This document shows positions 1-10,841 of a stretch of DNA of 38,416 bases, piece after piece. Origin of the DNA: Schleiferiaceae bacterium (GTDB lineage Bacteria > Bacteroidota > Bacteroidia > Flavobacteriales > Schleiferiaceae); contig CAXRFY010000125.1 of the NCBI GenBank assembly GCA_964229925.1, positions 1-38,416 of the forward strand. Reading direction: 5' to 3'. The notes under the pieces are model-generated. The model worked only from the letters and a program-made list of their open reading frames with translations. It did not search any database and was not told the DNA's origin. A program made the position numbers and the translations under genes. The stretch's first letter is position 1, and every line of letters starts with the position of its first letter.

Positions 1-1
1 T

Positions 2-1237
2 CAAAACGAGGTGTTCAACCACCTCCTGGCTACCGCCAAAGGCAAGAAGCTGCATTTGCTGGGCCTCGTCAGCGACGGTGGCGTTCACAGCCACATTGCC
101 CACCTCAAGGGCTTGCTCAGCCTCTTTCACGAGGCCGGACTTGACAACGTGGTTCTGCACGCCTTTACGGACGGGCGGGACTGCGATCCCCAAAGCGGAG
201 CAGGCTTCCTAGCGGATGTGGAGGCGCACATGGCTCAAACCACAGGCCGAATTGGCAGCATCACCGGACGCTACTTTGCCATGGACCGCGACAAGCGCTG
301 GGAACGCGTGAAAAAAGCCTACGACGCCTTGGTGCACGGGACGGGCCAGACGTGGACAGGTGCTGCCGCGGACGCCGTAATAGCCTCCTACGCGGCAGGC
401 GTGACGGATGAGTTCTTGGAACCCGTCATTCTCACAGACGACCGCATTGAAAATGGCGATGTCATCCTCTTCTTCAACTACCGAACGGACCGCGGCCGCG
501 AATTGACCCAAGTGCTCAGCCAAGAGGCCTTCCCCGAGCACGGCATGGCCCCTTTGAGCACGCACTACTACACGCTGACCAACTACGATAAGACGTTCAA
601 GAACATTCAGGTCATTTTTGAGAAGGACAACTTGAGCGATACGATGGGCGAAGTCTTGGAACGCGCGGGCAAGCGCCAAATCCGCATTGCAGAGACGGAG
701 AAATACCCCCACGTGACCTTCTTCTTCAGCGGCGGCCGCGAGGAGCCCTACGAGGGCGAAAAGCGCCTCCTCTGCCCCTCCCCCAAGGTGGCCACGTACG
801 ATTTGCAGCCGGAGATGTCGGCGTTTGATATTCGGGACGCTATCCTGCCCGAATTGGAAGCCGAATCCGCCGATTTTATCTGCCTCAACTTCGCCAACCC
901 CGACATGGTGGGGCACACCGGAAGCATGGAAGCCGCCATCATCGCGGTGGAAACCGTGGACCAGTGCACCCGCGCCATCGTCGAAAAGGGCTTGGAGCAC
1001 GGCTACAGCTTTTTCATCCTCGCCGACCACGGCAACGCCGACTGCATGAAGAATGCAGACGGAAGCCCCCATACGGCGCACACCACGCAACCTGTACCTT
1101 TCCACTTGGTAAGCCCTGAAGGCCACCAAGCGGCTACGCTGGCCGACGGGGTACTGGGCGATGTGGCACCTACGATTTTGGCCTGGATGGGCCTGGAACA
1201 ACCTGTAGCCATGACGGGCAAAAGCTTACTCGGATGA
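2..1237 (+). CDS. gpmI: 2,3-bisphosphoglycerate-independent phosphoglycerate mutase, 5'-truncated by the window edge
   Basis: The frame is open from base 2; the track ORF starts at an internal GTG at 11. iPGM hallmarks are present: LHLLGLVSDGGVHSH, ETEKYPHVTFFFSGG, NFANPDMVGHTG, LADHGNAD. Full-length iPGM is about 510 aa, so about 100 aa lie upstream of the window. Confidence 0.93.
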   Translation, partial: QNEVFNHLLATAKGKKLHLLGLVSDGGVHSHIAHLKGLLSLFHEAGLDNVVLHAFTDGRDCDPQSGAGFLADVEAHMAQTTGRIGSITGRYFAMDRDKRWERVKKAYDALVHGTGQTWTGAAADAVIASYAAGVTDEFLEPVILTDDRIENGDVILFFNYRTDRGRELTQVLSQEAFPEHGMAPLSTHYYTLTNYDKTFKNIQVIFEKDNLSDTMGEVLERAGKRQIRIAETEKYPHVTFFFSGGREEPYEGEKRLLCPSPKVATYDLQPEMSAFDIRDAILPELEAESADFICLNFANPDMVGHTGSMEAAIIAVETVDQCTRAIVEKGLEHGYSFFILADHGNADCMKNADGSPHTAHTTQPVPFHLVSPEGHQAATLADGVLGDVAPTILAWMGLEQPVAMTGKSLLG

Positions 1238-2031
1238 TTGTACTGAAGAACGCGGAAGAAATCGAGCGCATGCGCGTCAGCGCCCAAATGGTCTCCAAGA
1301 CCTTGGGCATGCTTGCCTCAGAGGTCAAGCCGGGGGTGACCCCTTTGCGCTTGGACCAGCTCGCCGAAGCCTTTATCCGCGACATGGGTGGCGTCCCGGG
1401 TTTTTTAGGCATGTACGGCTTCCCGAATAGCCTGTGCACCTCAATCAACGAACAGGTCGTCCACGGCATCCCCAACGACCGCCCCTTAGAGGACGGGGAC
1501 ATTATCTCCATCGACTGCGGTGTGCTCTACGACGAATACTACGGCGACCACGCGTACACGTTTGAGGTGGGCGAAGTGGCTCCTGAAACGAAGCAACTCC
1601 TGGAGGTCACCAAAGCTTCGCTCTACATCGGCATTGAAGCCATGAAACGCGGCAACCGCGTCGGAGACATCGGCTACGCCATCCAACGCCACTGTGAAAG
1701 CCACGGCTATGGCGTCGTTCGGGAGCTCGTTGGACATGGCCTCGGCAAAAAGCTGCACGAAGACCCCCAAGTGCCGAACTACGGCAAGCGCGGCAGCGGC
1801 AAACTCCTACAGGACGGCATGGTCCTGGCCATTGAGCCCATGATCAACCTGGGGACCCACCGCGTTCGCCAACTCAACGACGGCTGGTCCATCATCACCG
1901 GGGACAAGAAGCCCTCAGCCCACTTTGAGCACGACGTGGCCTTGGTCGACGGCCGTCCGGTGGTCTTGAGCACCTTTGACTACATCTATGAAGCCTTGGG
2001 CCTGCCCAAGAACGATCCTGTCTTCGCATGA
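1234..2031 (+). CDS. map: type I methionine aminopeptidase
   Basis: 265-aa ORF with MetAP-I motifs (VVHGIP, DIISIDCG, YYGDHAYTF, VGHGLG, LAIEPM, SAHFEHDV). The ATG overlaps the gpmI stop (ATGA at 1234-1237). Confidence 0.95.
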   Translation: MIVLKNAEEIERMRVSAQMVSKTLGMLASEVKPGVTPLRLDQLAEAFIRDMGGVPGFLGMYGFPNSLCTSINEQVVHGIPNDRPLEDGDIISIDCGVLYDEYYGDHAYTFEVGEVAPETKQLLEVTKASLYIGIEAMKRGNRVGDIGYAIQRHCESHGYGVVRELVGHGLGKKLHEDPQVPNYGKRGSGKLLQDGMVLAIEPMINLGTHRVRQLNDGWSIITGDKKPSAHFEHDVALVDGRPVVLSTFDYIYEALGLPKNDPVFA

Positions 2032-2792
2032 TTCGCTGGGCCCTCAAATACATTCCCCGCCCTTGGCTGATCCGAATGAGCGCCCTCGTTCGGGTCCTCG
2101 GACCCGTTCTTTATGCGGGCACTCGATTCACCGACCCCATTGACGGCCGGAGTTACCGCAAATTCCTCCCTTACGGCTACGGGGGACGCCTGCGCGAAAA
2201 TGCCTTGAGTCCGGGAACCAACTCTCTGGAGCGCCACCGCCTCCTCTACCTCTACCTGCAACGGTACACCGAATTCTTCAGCGCGCCCCTAACCGTGCTG
2301 CACATCGCTCCGGAACAGTGTTTTCACCAGCGTTTCAAAGCGCAACCCAATCTCCAAGTCTTGACCGCAGACATCGAGTCTCCTTTGGCCGATATGCACT
2401 TTGACTTGCACCAAATCCCCTTGGAGGACAACCGCTTTGACGTCATCTTCTGCAACCACGTGCTGGAGCATGTGACCGACGACGTGCAATGCCTGCGTGA
2501 ACTCTACCGTGTCATGAAGCCCGGCGGATGGGGCATCTTCCAAGTGCCCTGGGTTCCCGGCATCCAAGTAACCGATGAGGACCCCAGCATTACGGACCCG
2601 GCCGAACGCGAACGCCGCTTCCTCCAGTACGATCACGTGCGCCTCTACGGCGAGGACTACCCCGATCGCCTGGCGGCGGCCGGATTCACGGTCGAAAAAG
2701 TGGAGCTCTACAAAACGCTTCCTCAGGCTGAAGTGGAGCGCTACCGTTTGCCCTCCGACGAGCCCCTCTACGTCTGCCGCAAGGACCTTTAA
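2028..2792 (+). CDS. class I SAM-dependent methyltransferase (type-11 fold), substrate unknown
   Basis: 254-aa ORF with a SAM-MTase core (LHIAPEQCF, DVIFCNHVLEHVTDD, LRELYRVMKPGGWGIF). The ATG overlaps the map stop (ATGA at 2028-2031). The N-terminal segment resembles the zinc-ribbon region of homologs but contains no Cys. Confidence 0.85.
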   Translation: MIRWALKYIPRPWLIRMSALVRVLGPVLYAGTRFTDPIDGRSYRKFLPYGYGGRLRENALSPGTNSLERHRLLYLYLQRYTEFFSAPLTVLHIAPEQCFHQRFKAQPNLQVLTADIESPLADMHFDLHQIPLEDNRFDVIFCNHVLEHVTDDVQCLRELYRVMKPGGWGIFQVPWVPGIQVTDEDPSITDPAERERRFLQYDHVRLYGEDYPDRLAAAGFTVEKVELYKTLPQAEVERYRLPSDEPLYVCRKDL

Positions 2793-2859
2793 AGCTTACT
2801 GCGCATTCATGACCGGGGTTCCACGACAACCCCACCGTCCCTTTTGAACCCGATCCGCA

Positions 2860-2893
2860 GCGCATCAGCAGAAGCGCATCAGCAGCAGCGCAT
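2860..2893. repeat. short imperfect tandem repeat GCGCAT(CAGCAG) x3 in a convergent intergenic spacer
   Basis: Read directly: gcgcatcagcag (2860-2871), gcgcatcagcag (2874-2885), gcgcat (2888-2893). Confidence 0.6.
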
Positions 2894-2930
2894 AAAAAAA
2901 GCCGCCCTTTCGAGGCGGCTTTCGATTTTC
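2894..2930. terminator. bidirectional rho-independent terminator between convergent genes
   Basis: aaaaaaaGCCGCCctttcgaGGCGGCtttcgatttt. The GC stem is 2901-2906 / 2914-2919, extendable by A/T pairs. An A7 run lies on one side (T7 for the minus-strand transcript) and a T-rich run on the other. Confidence 0.8.
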
Positions 2931-2942
2931 AAGGAAAGTAGC

Positions 2943-3740
2943 TTACGCCAAAGCAGCCAGCTCAGCAGCCATCTTCTCTTCCTCTTCACGAGCCAAGGCG
3001 GGATCAACGAGGATACGACCGGAGTGCTCGTCTACCATGATCTTCTTGCGCTGGGCAATTTCCATCTGGCGTTGGGGAGGTATTGTAAAGTAAGAACCTG
3101 AAGCAGCACCGCGCTCAATGCTCACGATGGCCAAACCATTGTTCACCTTCCCGCGGATGCGGTTGTAGGCGGAAAGCAAGCGATCGTCGCCCAAGTTCTC
3201 CGACAAAGCAGCAGAACGCTCGAGCAATACCGCTTCTTCTTTCTCTGTTTCTTTAATGATAGAGTCCAATTCGCCCTTCTTGAATTCCAAGTGGCCTTTG
3301 CGCTCCGTCAATTTTTCTTGAACACCCGTCAAAACAGCACCGCGGTTTTCCACCGTAGCCTCAAATTCACGGATGTGCTTTTCCGCCAATTGGATTTCCA
3401 ATTCTTGGTACTCAATTTCTTTCGCAATTGCATCGAACTCGCGGTTGTTGCGCACGTTCTTCTGCTGCTCTTCGTACTTGCTGATTTTCTCTTGGCAGCC
3501 TTTGATCAATTGCTTGTGGCCTTTGATCTCCGTTTTTGCCGAGTTTACTTCTTCTTCAATACGAGCCAAACGGGTCTCCAAACCTGCAATTTCATCTTCC
3601 AGGTCCTGCACCTCCAAAGGCAATTCACCGCGCAAGTTGCGGATCTCGTCAATACGACGATCCACGATTTGCAAGTTGTACAAAGCGCGTAGTTTATCTT
3701 CTACCGTGGCCGTAGCCGCTTGAGTGGTCTTTTTTGCCAT
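2943..3740 (-). CDS. coiled-coil protein of the DUF164 / COG1579 family (nominally 'zinc ribbon domain-containing'), Cys-less variant
   Basis: 265-aa ORF with a long heptad-rich coiled coil, followed by a conserved C-terminal ...IERGAASGSYFTIPPQRQMEIAQRKKIMVDEHSGRILVD. It lies 1 nt downstream of the Nif3-like gene, which is the usual partner. Confidence 0.85.
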   Translation of the reverse strand: MAKKTTQAATATVEDKLRALYNLQIVDRRIDEIRNLRGELPLEVQDLEDEIAGLETRLARIEEEVNSAKTEIKGHKQLIKGCQEKISKYEEQQKNVRNNREFDAIAKEIEYQELEIQLAEKHIREFEATVENRGAVLTGVQEKLTERKGHLEFKKGELDSIIKETEKEEAVLLERSAALSENLGDDRLLSAYNRIRGKVNNGLAIVSIERGAASGSYFTIPPQRQMEIAQRKKIMVDEHSGRILVDPALAREEEEKMAAELAALA

Positions 3741-3741
3741 A

Positions 3742-4839
3742 TCAAATTGTGATCATGGGGTTGGTAACCGACGTTGTCGTAAGGACGGCAAAATTAGGGA
3801 ATTTCCTCCGAATGTAATCGGCTAAAAGTTCAATCGTGAACTGCTCACTTTCCCAATGCCCCACATCCATCATAACCAAGGCATTTTTGGCCTCAAAATA
3901 GCGGTGGTAGGTGATGTCGGCAGTGAGGTAGACATCGGCTTTTTGGGCGATGGCCAAAGGCAGCAAATCCACCCCAGCTCCCCCACAGAGAGCGACCCGT
4001 TGAACCTGGTCCCGGCAAACGGGGCTGTGGCGCAGGGCCGCCAGCCCGAGCGTCGTCTTGACATGCTGGACAAAATCGTTCCAGGCCATGGGCTGAGCGA
4101 GTTCACCGACTACGCCATAGCCGACATCCGACCGTGAATTCTCCACCGCCACCCAGGAATGCGCGACCACCTCGTAGGGATGGCAGGCTACCAAGGCCGC
4201 TTGTACCGCCGCGCGCGCCTCCGCAGGCACCAGGAAGCTCTGACGGAATTCGTTCACGACACTGCGCGCGCCTACCTTGCCCGTGTGCGGATGAGCGCCC
4301 TCCAAGGGACGGAAGGTGCCCGTTCCGGCGACCACGAAATGGCATTCGTCGTAGGTCCCCATCTCACCCGCCCCCGCGGCGAAGAGCCCTTCGGCCACTT
4401 CGGCCGCTTGCGCTTCCGGGGTAAAGACGGTGAGCTCAAACAAGCTCGAACTGCGCGGTTCCATGATTCGCAGTCCCGACAGCCCAAGACGCTCGGCTAA
4501 GGCATGGCTTACGCCCCCCTCAATGCTGTCCAAGTTGGTATGTGCGGCATACAAGGCCACGTGGTGCCGCAGGGCCAGCATGACGCAGCGTTCGACCTCT
4601 GTTCGGCCTGTTAGGCGCTTGAGCCCTTTGAAAATAATGGGGTGGTGCGTGAGAACCACATTGCAGCCCTTCTCCACCGCCTCGAGAATGACCTCTTCCG
4701 TGACATCCAAGGACACAAGTACGCCCGTGACGTCCTGAGAGGGATCGCCCACTAAGAGCCCGGAATTGTCGTAGTCCGCCTGGAAGGCCAAAGGGGCCCA
4801 GTCCTCGAGGGCCTGAGCCAAGTGTTTAACCGATATCAT
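3742..4839 (-). CDS. Nif3-like dinuclear metal centre protein (YbgI/YqfO family, long form with inserted PII-like domain)
   Basis: 365-aa ORF with Nif3 family motifs (DNSGLLVG, VVLTHHPIIFKGLKR, LYAAHTNLD, ...LCGGAG..., ADVYLTADITYH). Confidence 0.9.
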   Translation of the reverse strand: MISVKHLAQALEDWAPLAFQADYDNSGLLVGDPSQDVTGVLVSLDVTEEVILEAVEKGCNVVLTHHPIIFKGLKRLTGRTEVERCVMLALRHHVALYAAHTNLDSIEGGVSHALAERLGLSGLRIMEPRSSSLFELTVFTPEAQAAEVAEGLFAAGAGEMGTYDECHFVVAGTGTFRPLEGAHPHTGKVGARSVVNEFRQSFLVPAEARAAVQAALVACHPYEVVAHSWVAVENSRSDVGYGVVGELAQPMAWNDFVQHVKTTLGLAALRHSPVCRDQVQRVALCGGAGVDLLPLAIAQKADVYLTADITYHRYFEAKNALVMMDVGHWESEQFTIELLADYIRRKFPNFAVLTTTSVTNPMITI

Positions 4840-4850
4840 GGTATGAAGAT

Positions 4851-4882
4851 AAAAAAAGGGCCACCCTTGCGGGCAGCCCTTT
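4851..4882 (-). terminator. rho-independent terminator of rpsA
   Basis: The minus-strand RNA reads GGGCUGCCC-GCAA-GGGUGGCCC followed by U7: a 9-bp stem with two G-U pairs and a GNRA loop. It lies 21 nt after the rpsA stop. Confidence 0.85.
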
Positions 4883-4902
4883 CAGGATATAAAGGGAATG
4901 GA

Positions 4903-6900
4903 TTACTCGTTGTTCTCCATTTCTTCTTTCAAACGAGCCAAGCTGTCCAGATCACCCAAGGTGGTCTTTTCAACGGCATTGTTCACAGCGCTCACGGCAG
5001 AAGAACCGCCTTTGTTGCCACCCTTGCTCTTCTTGCCGCCTTCATTGCTGTCGGCTACTTGCTTGAAGGTTTGGGTGTGTGAAACGAGGATGCGGCGGTT
5101 ATCGCGGTTGAATTCAATCACGACAAAGCCCAACTTCTCGCCCACAGCGATGGATGAACCGTCTTCTTTAGAAGCATGACGTGCAGGGCAGTAGGCCTCC
5201 AACTCTTGGTCGGCAAACCATACGTTGAAGCCTTTGTCTGCGGCAGACTTCACCTCACCTTCATGGGTGCTGCCTTCTCCGAACACTACTTCGTAGTTGT
5301 CCCAAGGATTCTCAGACACCTGCTTGTGGCCAAGGCTCAAGCGGCGGTTTTCTACGTCGATGTCCAATACTTGAACGTCCAATTCAGCGCCCACAGAGGT
5401 AAACTCAGAAGGATGCTTGACTTTCTTGGTCCAAGAGAGGTCAGAGATGTGCACCAATCCGTCGATGCCCTCCTCCAACTCCAAGAACACGCCGAAGTTG
5501 GTAAAGTTGCGCACCTTGCCGCTGTGGGTAGAACCTACAGGGTACTTGCTGGTGATTTCTGACCAGGGGTCTGGGGTCAATTGCTTCACGCCCAAAGACA
5601 TCTTGCGCTCTTCGCGGTCGACGCTCAATACAACGGCTTCCACTTCGTCGCCTGCCTTGAAGAAATCGTTGGCAGAACGGAGGTGTGAACCCCAGCTCAT
5701 TTCGGATACGTGAATCAAACCTTCCACGCCAGGAGCTACTTCTACGAAAGCACCGTAGTCGGCCAAAACAACCACCTTGCCCTTGATCTTGTCGCCGGCC
5801 GCCAAGTTGGCATCCAACGCATCCCATGGGTGAGGGAACAATTGCTTCAAGCCCAACTGGATGCGGGTCTTAGCCTCATCAAAGTCAAGGATAACCACGT
5901 TGATCTTCTGATCGAGCTCAACCACTTCAGAAGGATGGTTGATGCGGCTCCAAGACAAGTCGGTGATGTGCACCAAACCGTCGACGCCACCCAGGTCGAT
6001 GAAGACACCGTAGCTGGTGATGTTCTTGACCACGCCTTCCAAAACTTGACCTTTTTCCAATTGGCCAATGATCTTGCGCTTTTGTTCTTCCAAATCCGCT
6101 TCGATAAGCGCCTTGTGCGAAACAACAACGTTCTTGAACTCGTGGTTGATCTTAACAATCTTGAATTCCATCGTCTTGTCTACGTAGATATCGTAGTCGC
6201 GGATGGGCTTCACGTCAATTTGAGATCCGGGCAAGAAGGCTTCCAAACCGAATACGTCTACGATCATACCACCCTTCGTGCGGCACTTCACGTAACCTTG
6301 TACGATTTCTTCTGCGTCGAAGGCCTCGTTTACGCGGTCCCATGCTTTGATGGAGCGTGCCTTGCGGTGCGAAAGCACCAACTGGCCCAACTTGTCTTCT
6401 TGCTTGTCTACCAATACCTCAACGGTATCGCCTGCCTTCAAGTCAGGATTGTAGCGGAATTCGTTCAGGGAAACAACACCTTCCGACTTAGAACCGATGT
6501 CAATGATTACATCGCGGTCTGAAAGGCTGATCACCTTACCGCTGACCACTTGGTGCTCGACAGAGGTAACGAGGGTGTCCTCGTACATCTTCTCCATCGC
6601 CAAGGTGGCTTCTGATTTTTCTTTAGAACCTGCTTCGTAGGCATCCCAGTCAAATGGGGTCTCCTCTTCGTCAGCTTCCAAAACCAATTCTTCTTCGTCG
6701 CCCTCTTCGTCTTCAGACGCTTCTACTTCCTTGACGGCAGCTTTCTTAGGGGCTTTCTTCTCCTTTGCAGGAGCTTCTTCTGCGGCAACTTCTTCCGTGG
6801 CTTCCTCCGTGGATGCTTCAACAGTTTCCGTTACTTCAACAGGGGTTTCTGGGGTTTCAAGCTCTTCGGCTTGAACTTCAGGCTTGGTCGATTTGGCCAT
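4903..6900 (-). CDS. rpsA: 30S ribosomal protein S1 with acidic N-terminal extension and G/K/S-rich C-terminal tail
   Basis: Six S1/OB repeats are recognisable (e.g. GKVISLSDRDVIIDIG, GYVKCRTKGGMIVDVFGLEAFLPGSQ, GVVKNITSYGVFIDLGGVDGLVHITD). The start is placed at ATG 6900 (MAKSTKPE...) rather than the upstream GTG at 6948 used by the track. Confidence 0.93.
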   Translation of the reverse strand: MAKSTKPEVQAEELETPETPVEVTETVEASTEEATEEVAAEEAPAKEKKAPKKAAVKEVEASEDEEGDEEELVLEADEEETPFDWDAYEAGSKEKSEATLAMEKMYEDTLVTSVEHQVVSGKVISLSDRDVIIDIGSKSEGVVSLNEFRYNPDLKAGDTVEVLVDKQEDKLGQLVLSHRKARSIKAWDRVNEAFDAEEIVQGYVKCRTKGGMIVDVFGLEAFLPGSQIDVKPIRDYDIYVDKTMEFKIVKINHEFKNVVVSHKALIEADLEEQKRKIIGQLEKGQVLEGVVKNITSYGVFIDLGGVDGLVHITDLSWSRINHPSEVVELDQKINVVILDFDEAKTRIQLGLKQLFPHPWDALDANLAAGDKIKGKVVVLADYGAFVEVAPGVEGLIHVSEMSWGSHLRSANDFFKAGDEVEAVVLSVDREERKMSLGVKQLTPDPWSEITSKYPVGSTHSGKVRNFTNFGVFLELEEGIDGLVHISDLSWTKKVKHPSEFTSVGAELDVQVLDIDVENRRLSLGHKQVSENPWDNYEVVFGEGSTHEGEVKSAADKGFNVWFADQELEAYCPARHASKEDGSSIAVGEKLGFVVIEFNRDNRRILVSHTQTFKQVADSNEGGKKSKGGNKGGSSAVSAVNNAVEKTTLGDLDSLARLKEEMENNE

Positions 6901-6959
6901 GCGCTTAAGTACTTGTATTCTGATGGTCTTGCAGGCTTCAGCGCCCACCAGAAGGAGTC

Positions 6960-7013
6960 AAAAAAAAGCAGTCCTTTTGGGCGCCTGCAAAAACGCTTTC
7001 CAAAAAGGACTGC
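6960..7013 (-). terminator. rho-independent terminator of gltA
   Basis: 13-bp stem with one bulge (6968-6980 pairs with 7000-7013), followed by U8 on the minus-strand RNA (A8 at 6960-6967 on the plus strand). Confidence 0.85.
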
Positions 7014-7048
7014 AAAAATAAGGTAAAATCCTGATTTACACAGGAAAA

Positions 7049-8356
7049 TTACGCATTCTCGAAACGCTTTTTCAGCAATTCTGTCGTGGTTGATCCGGGG
7101 CGCTCCAATGGCATGGCCAACGCACGGTCCCAAATCAAGTTGGTCAACGTTCCGATAGCGCGTGAAACGCCAAACAGCACCGTGTAGAAATCGTACTCCA
7201 CCAAGCCGTAGTGCATGAGCAACTGACCCGAATGCGCATCTACGTTTGGCCATGGGTTCTTCACCTTGCCTGTCGCCTCCAAAATACCAGGAACTACCTC
7301 GTAAATCGTGCTAATCACCTGGAACAAGGGGTCTTCCGGCATGTGCTTCAAGGCAAACTCGCGCTGTGCTTCGTAGCGGGGGTCCGTCTTGCGCAACACC
7401 GCATGTCCAAATCCAGGAATCACCTTACCGCCATTCAACGTATCGTGGCAGTACTGCGTGATCTGCTCCTTAGTAGGCTGTTCACTGCCGATGGACTCCA
7501 TCATTTCGAGCGTCCACTTGATTACCTCTTGGTTGGCAAGGCCGTGCAGAGGGCCCGCGAGGCCGTTCATGCCGGCCGCAAAGCTCTGATAGGCATCCGA
7601 TAACGCGGAACCCACCAAGTGCACCGTATGCGCCGACACATTGCCTCCCTCGTGGTCCGAGTGAATGGTCATGTACAAACGCATCAATTCGCGGAACTCC
7701 TCATTGTCGTAGCCCAGCATGTGCGCAAAATTGCCCGCCCAATCCAATTTAGTATCGGGCTCAATGTGCTCGCCATTCTTGTAGGCACGGCGGTAGATGT
7801 ACGCAGCCACACGGGGCAAGCGCGCAATCAGATTCATCGCATCCTCGTACGTGGTTTCCCAGTACTCCGACTTGTGTACGCCTGCCGCGTAGGCCTTGGC
7901 AAACTCACTTTCCGTACGCAACGCCATGATGCCCACCACAAACTGCGTCATGGGGTGGGTGTGACTCGGCAAGGCATCAATAGCCTTAAACACGTGCGGT
8001 GGCACGATGGCACGACGCGCCCAGTTGTTGCTCACGCGGCGAACGTCATCGTCCGTAGGCAGTTCATTCATCAATATGAGGTAGAACAAACCTTCGGGAA
8101 GCGGCTCAGAAGCGCCAGGGTATGCAGGAAGAAGCTTCTGCAATTCGGGGATGCTATACCCACGGAAGCGAATACCTTCCTCGGGATCCAGCTTGCTCGT
8201 TTCGCAGATCAAGGCCTGCATACCGCGCATGCCTTGGTAGATCTGACTGACTTTAATTTCCCCAATCGTCTTTTCACCATGTTCGGCCAAAAAGGCTTTC
8301 ACATCGGCTTGAGCGGTTGGGATTTTGGTAGCAAAATGCTCTTTGATACGGTCCAT
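7049..8356 (-). CDS. gltA: citrate synthase (type II)
   Basis: 435-aa ORF with citrate synthase signatures ([57 protein letters not shown]). Confidence 0.96.
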   Translation of the reverse strand: MDRIKEHFATKIPTAQADVKAFLAEHGEKTIGEIKVSQIYQGMRGMQALICETSKLDPEEGIRFRGYSIPELQKLLPAYPGASEPLPEGLFYLILMNELPTDDDVRRVSNNWARRAIVPPHVFKAIDALPSHTHPMTQFVVGIMALRTESEFAKAYAAGVHKSEYWETTYEDAMNLIARLPRVAAYIYRRAYKNGEHIEPDTKLDWAGNFAHMLGYDNEEFRELMRLYMTIHSDHEGGNVSAHTVHLVGSALSDAYQSFAAGMNGLAGPLHGLANQEVIKWTLEMMESIGSEQPTKEQITQYCHDTLNGGKVIPGFGHAVLRKTDPRYEAQREFALKHMPEDPLFQVISTIYEVVPGILEATGKVKNPWPNVDAHSGQLLMHYGLVEYDFYTVLFGVSRAIGTLTNLIWDRALAMPLERPGSTTTELLKKRFENA

Positions 8357-8365
8357 CAGGGGTGT

Positions 8366-10752
<2,387 letters not shown>

Positions 10753-10776
10753 ATACAGGTATTTAGGTTAAGGCAT

Positions 10777-10806
10777 AAAAAAAGGATAAGAGCGAACCCT
10801 TATCCT
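10777..10806 (-). terminator. rho-independent terminator closing the ribosomal super-operon (after rplQ)
   Basis: The minus-strand RNA reads AGGAUAAG-gguucgcu-CUUAUCCU followed by U7 (A7 at 10777-10783 on the plus strand). Confidence 0.8.
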
Positions 10807-10841
10807 TTGCAAGTTAGAAGAGAATTCACGGGTATCCTCGT

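Noticed and set aside
6901-6948. Upstream GTG start for rpsA (MGAEACKTIRIQVLKR-MAKS...)
   Set aside because: The 16 extra residues resemble neither S1 nor the acidic tail, and an in-frame ATG follows at 6900. The longer form would also push the start to within 12 nt of the gltA terminator.
6901-7048. Possible small RNA in the gltA-rpsA spacer, and likewise in the rplQ-carA spacer (10753-10841)
   Set aside because: In each spacer the only structured element I found is the terminator hairpin plus T-run of the upstream gene. I saw no independent promoter or structure that would suggest a separate RNA.
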